Shown here piece after piece: positions 63,581 to 64,000 of a stretch of DNA of 64,000 nt; positions within the stretch are counted from its first letter, which is position 1; every line of letters starts with the position of its first letter. The notes beneath the pieces are model-generated. The model had not been told where the DNA came from. It made no database searches and saw only the letters and a program-made list of their open reading frames with translations. Source of the DNA: Eledone cirrhosa. Its lineage: Eukaryota. The stretch spans positions 326,678,001 through 326,742,000 of the forward strand of contig OZ024740.1 in the NCBI GenBank assembly GCA_964016885.1, given 5' to 3'. Both the position numbers and the translations under genes were made by a program.

Positions 63581-63646
63581 CGGCGATAGCTTACATTTCT
63601 AATAATTTCAAACCCACTCGCTGTTTCGAAAATATTATTATTTGAC

Positions 63647-63683
<37 letters not shown>

Positions 63684-63730
63684 ATATCAATGATATTAAT
63701 AAATGGAAACTATATTTATAAAACCATATT

Positions 63731-63791
63731 TATTCTATTATATATATTTCAAGGGTACCAAAACTTTGGTACGTTCTCATCAGATAAAATA
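63731..63791 (-). ncRNA. Type I hammerhead ribozyme (pLTR-like, related to 43584)
   Basis: Reverse complement reads tattttat-CTGATGA-gaacgtaccaaa gt tttggtaccctt-GAAA-tatata-TA-atagaata. Confidence 0.85.
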
Positions 63792-64000
63792 CAAAGTTTG
63801 TTTTATAAATATTGACATATCCAGGAACGAGACCTTCACGGTTTAAGTTTTACCTGGATAGTAAAAGGAAAAAGGGGAAGAGAGGAAAAAACAAATATTT
63901 CAAATTATTAAGATGAATATAATATGCAAATGAGATTGAGGCATAGGGCTGAAAAAAACGTTATTTTTAGACGCTAGGTAGATTTAAATAATTATTAGGA

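Overview
Eukaryotic, AT-rich, microsatellite-dense DNA, probably intergenic or intronic. The repeat style suggests an invertebrate, plausibly a cephalopod (inference only). No confidently intact host gene was found; there are two weak candidate exons at 16.4 and 17.9 kb. The window is dominated by Penelope-like retroelements (RT + GIY-YIG, both Neptune-like and Naiad-like), non-autonomous Helitrons, tRNA-derived SINEs, RTE and Tx1/L1 LINE remnants, and a hAT MITE. By eye I find more than 35 hammerhead ribozyme (HHR) cores. Most lie in non-coding tandem arrays of about 430, 466, 311 and 320 bp with one HHR per monomer, which matches retrozyme/circRNA-derived arrays. These arrays and the Penelope elements share one insertion signature: two arms joined head-to-head, with both 3' ends pointing outward into (TA)n or TA-rich sequence. 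This suggests twin-primed, rolling-circle reverse transcription of ribozyme circRNAs by Penelope machinery. A roughly 10 kb palindrome containing two different Penelope families fits the same mechanism. All alignments were done by eye and coordinates are approximate to a few bases.
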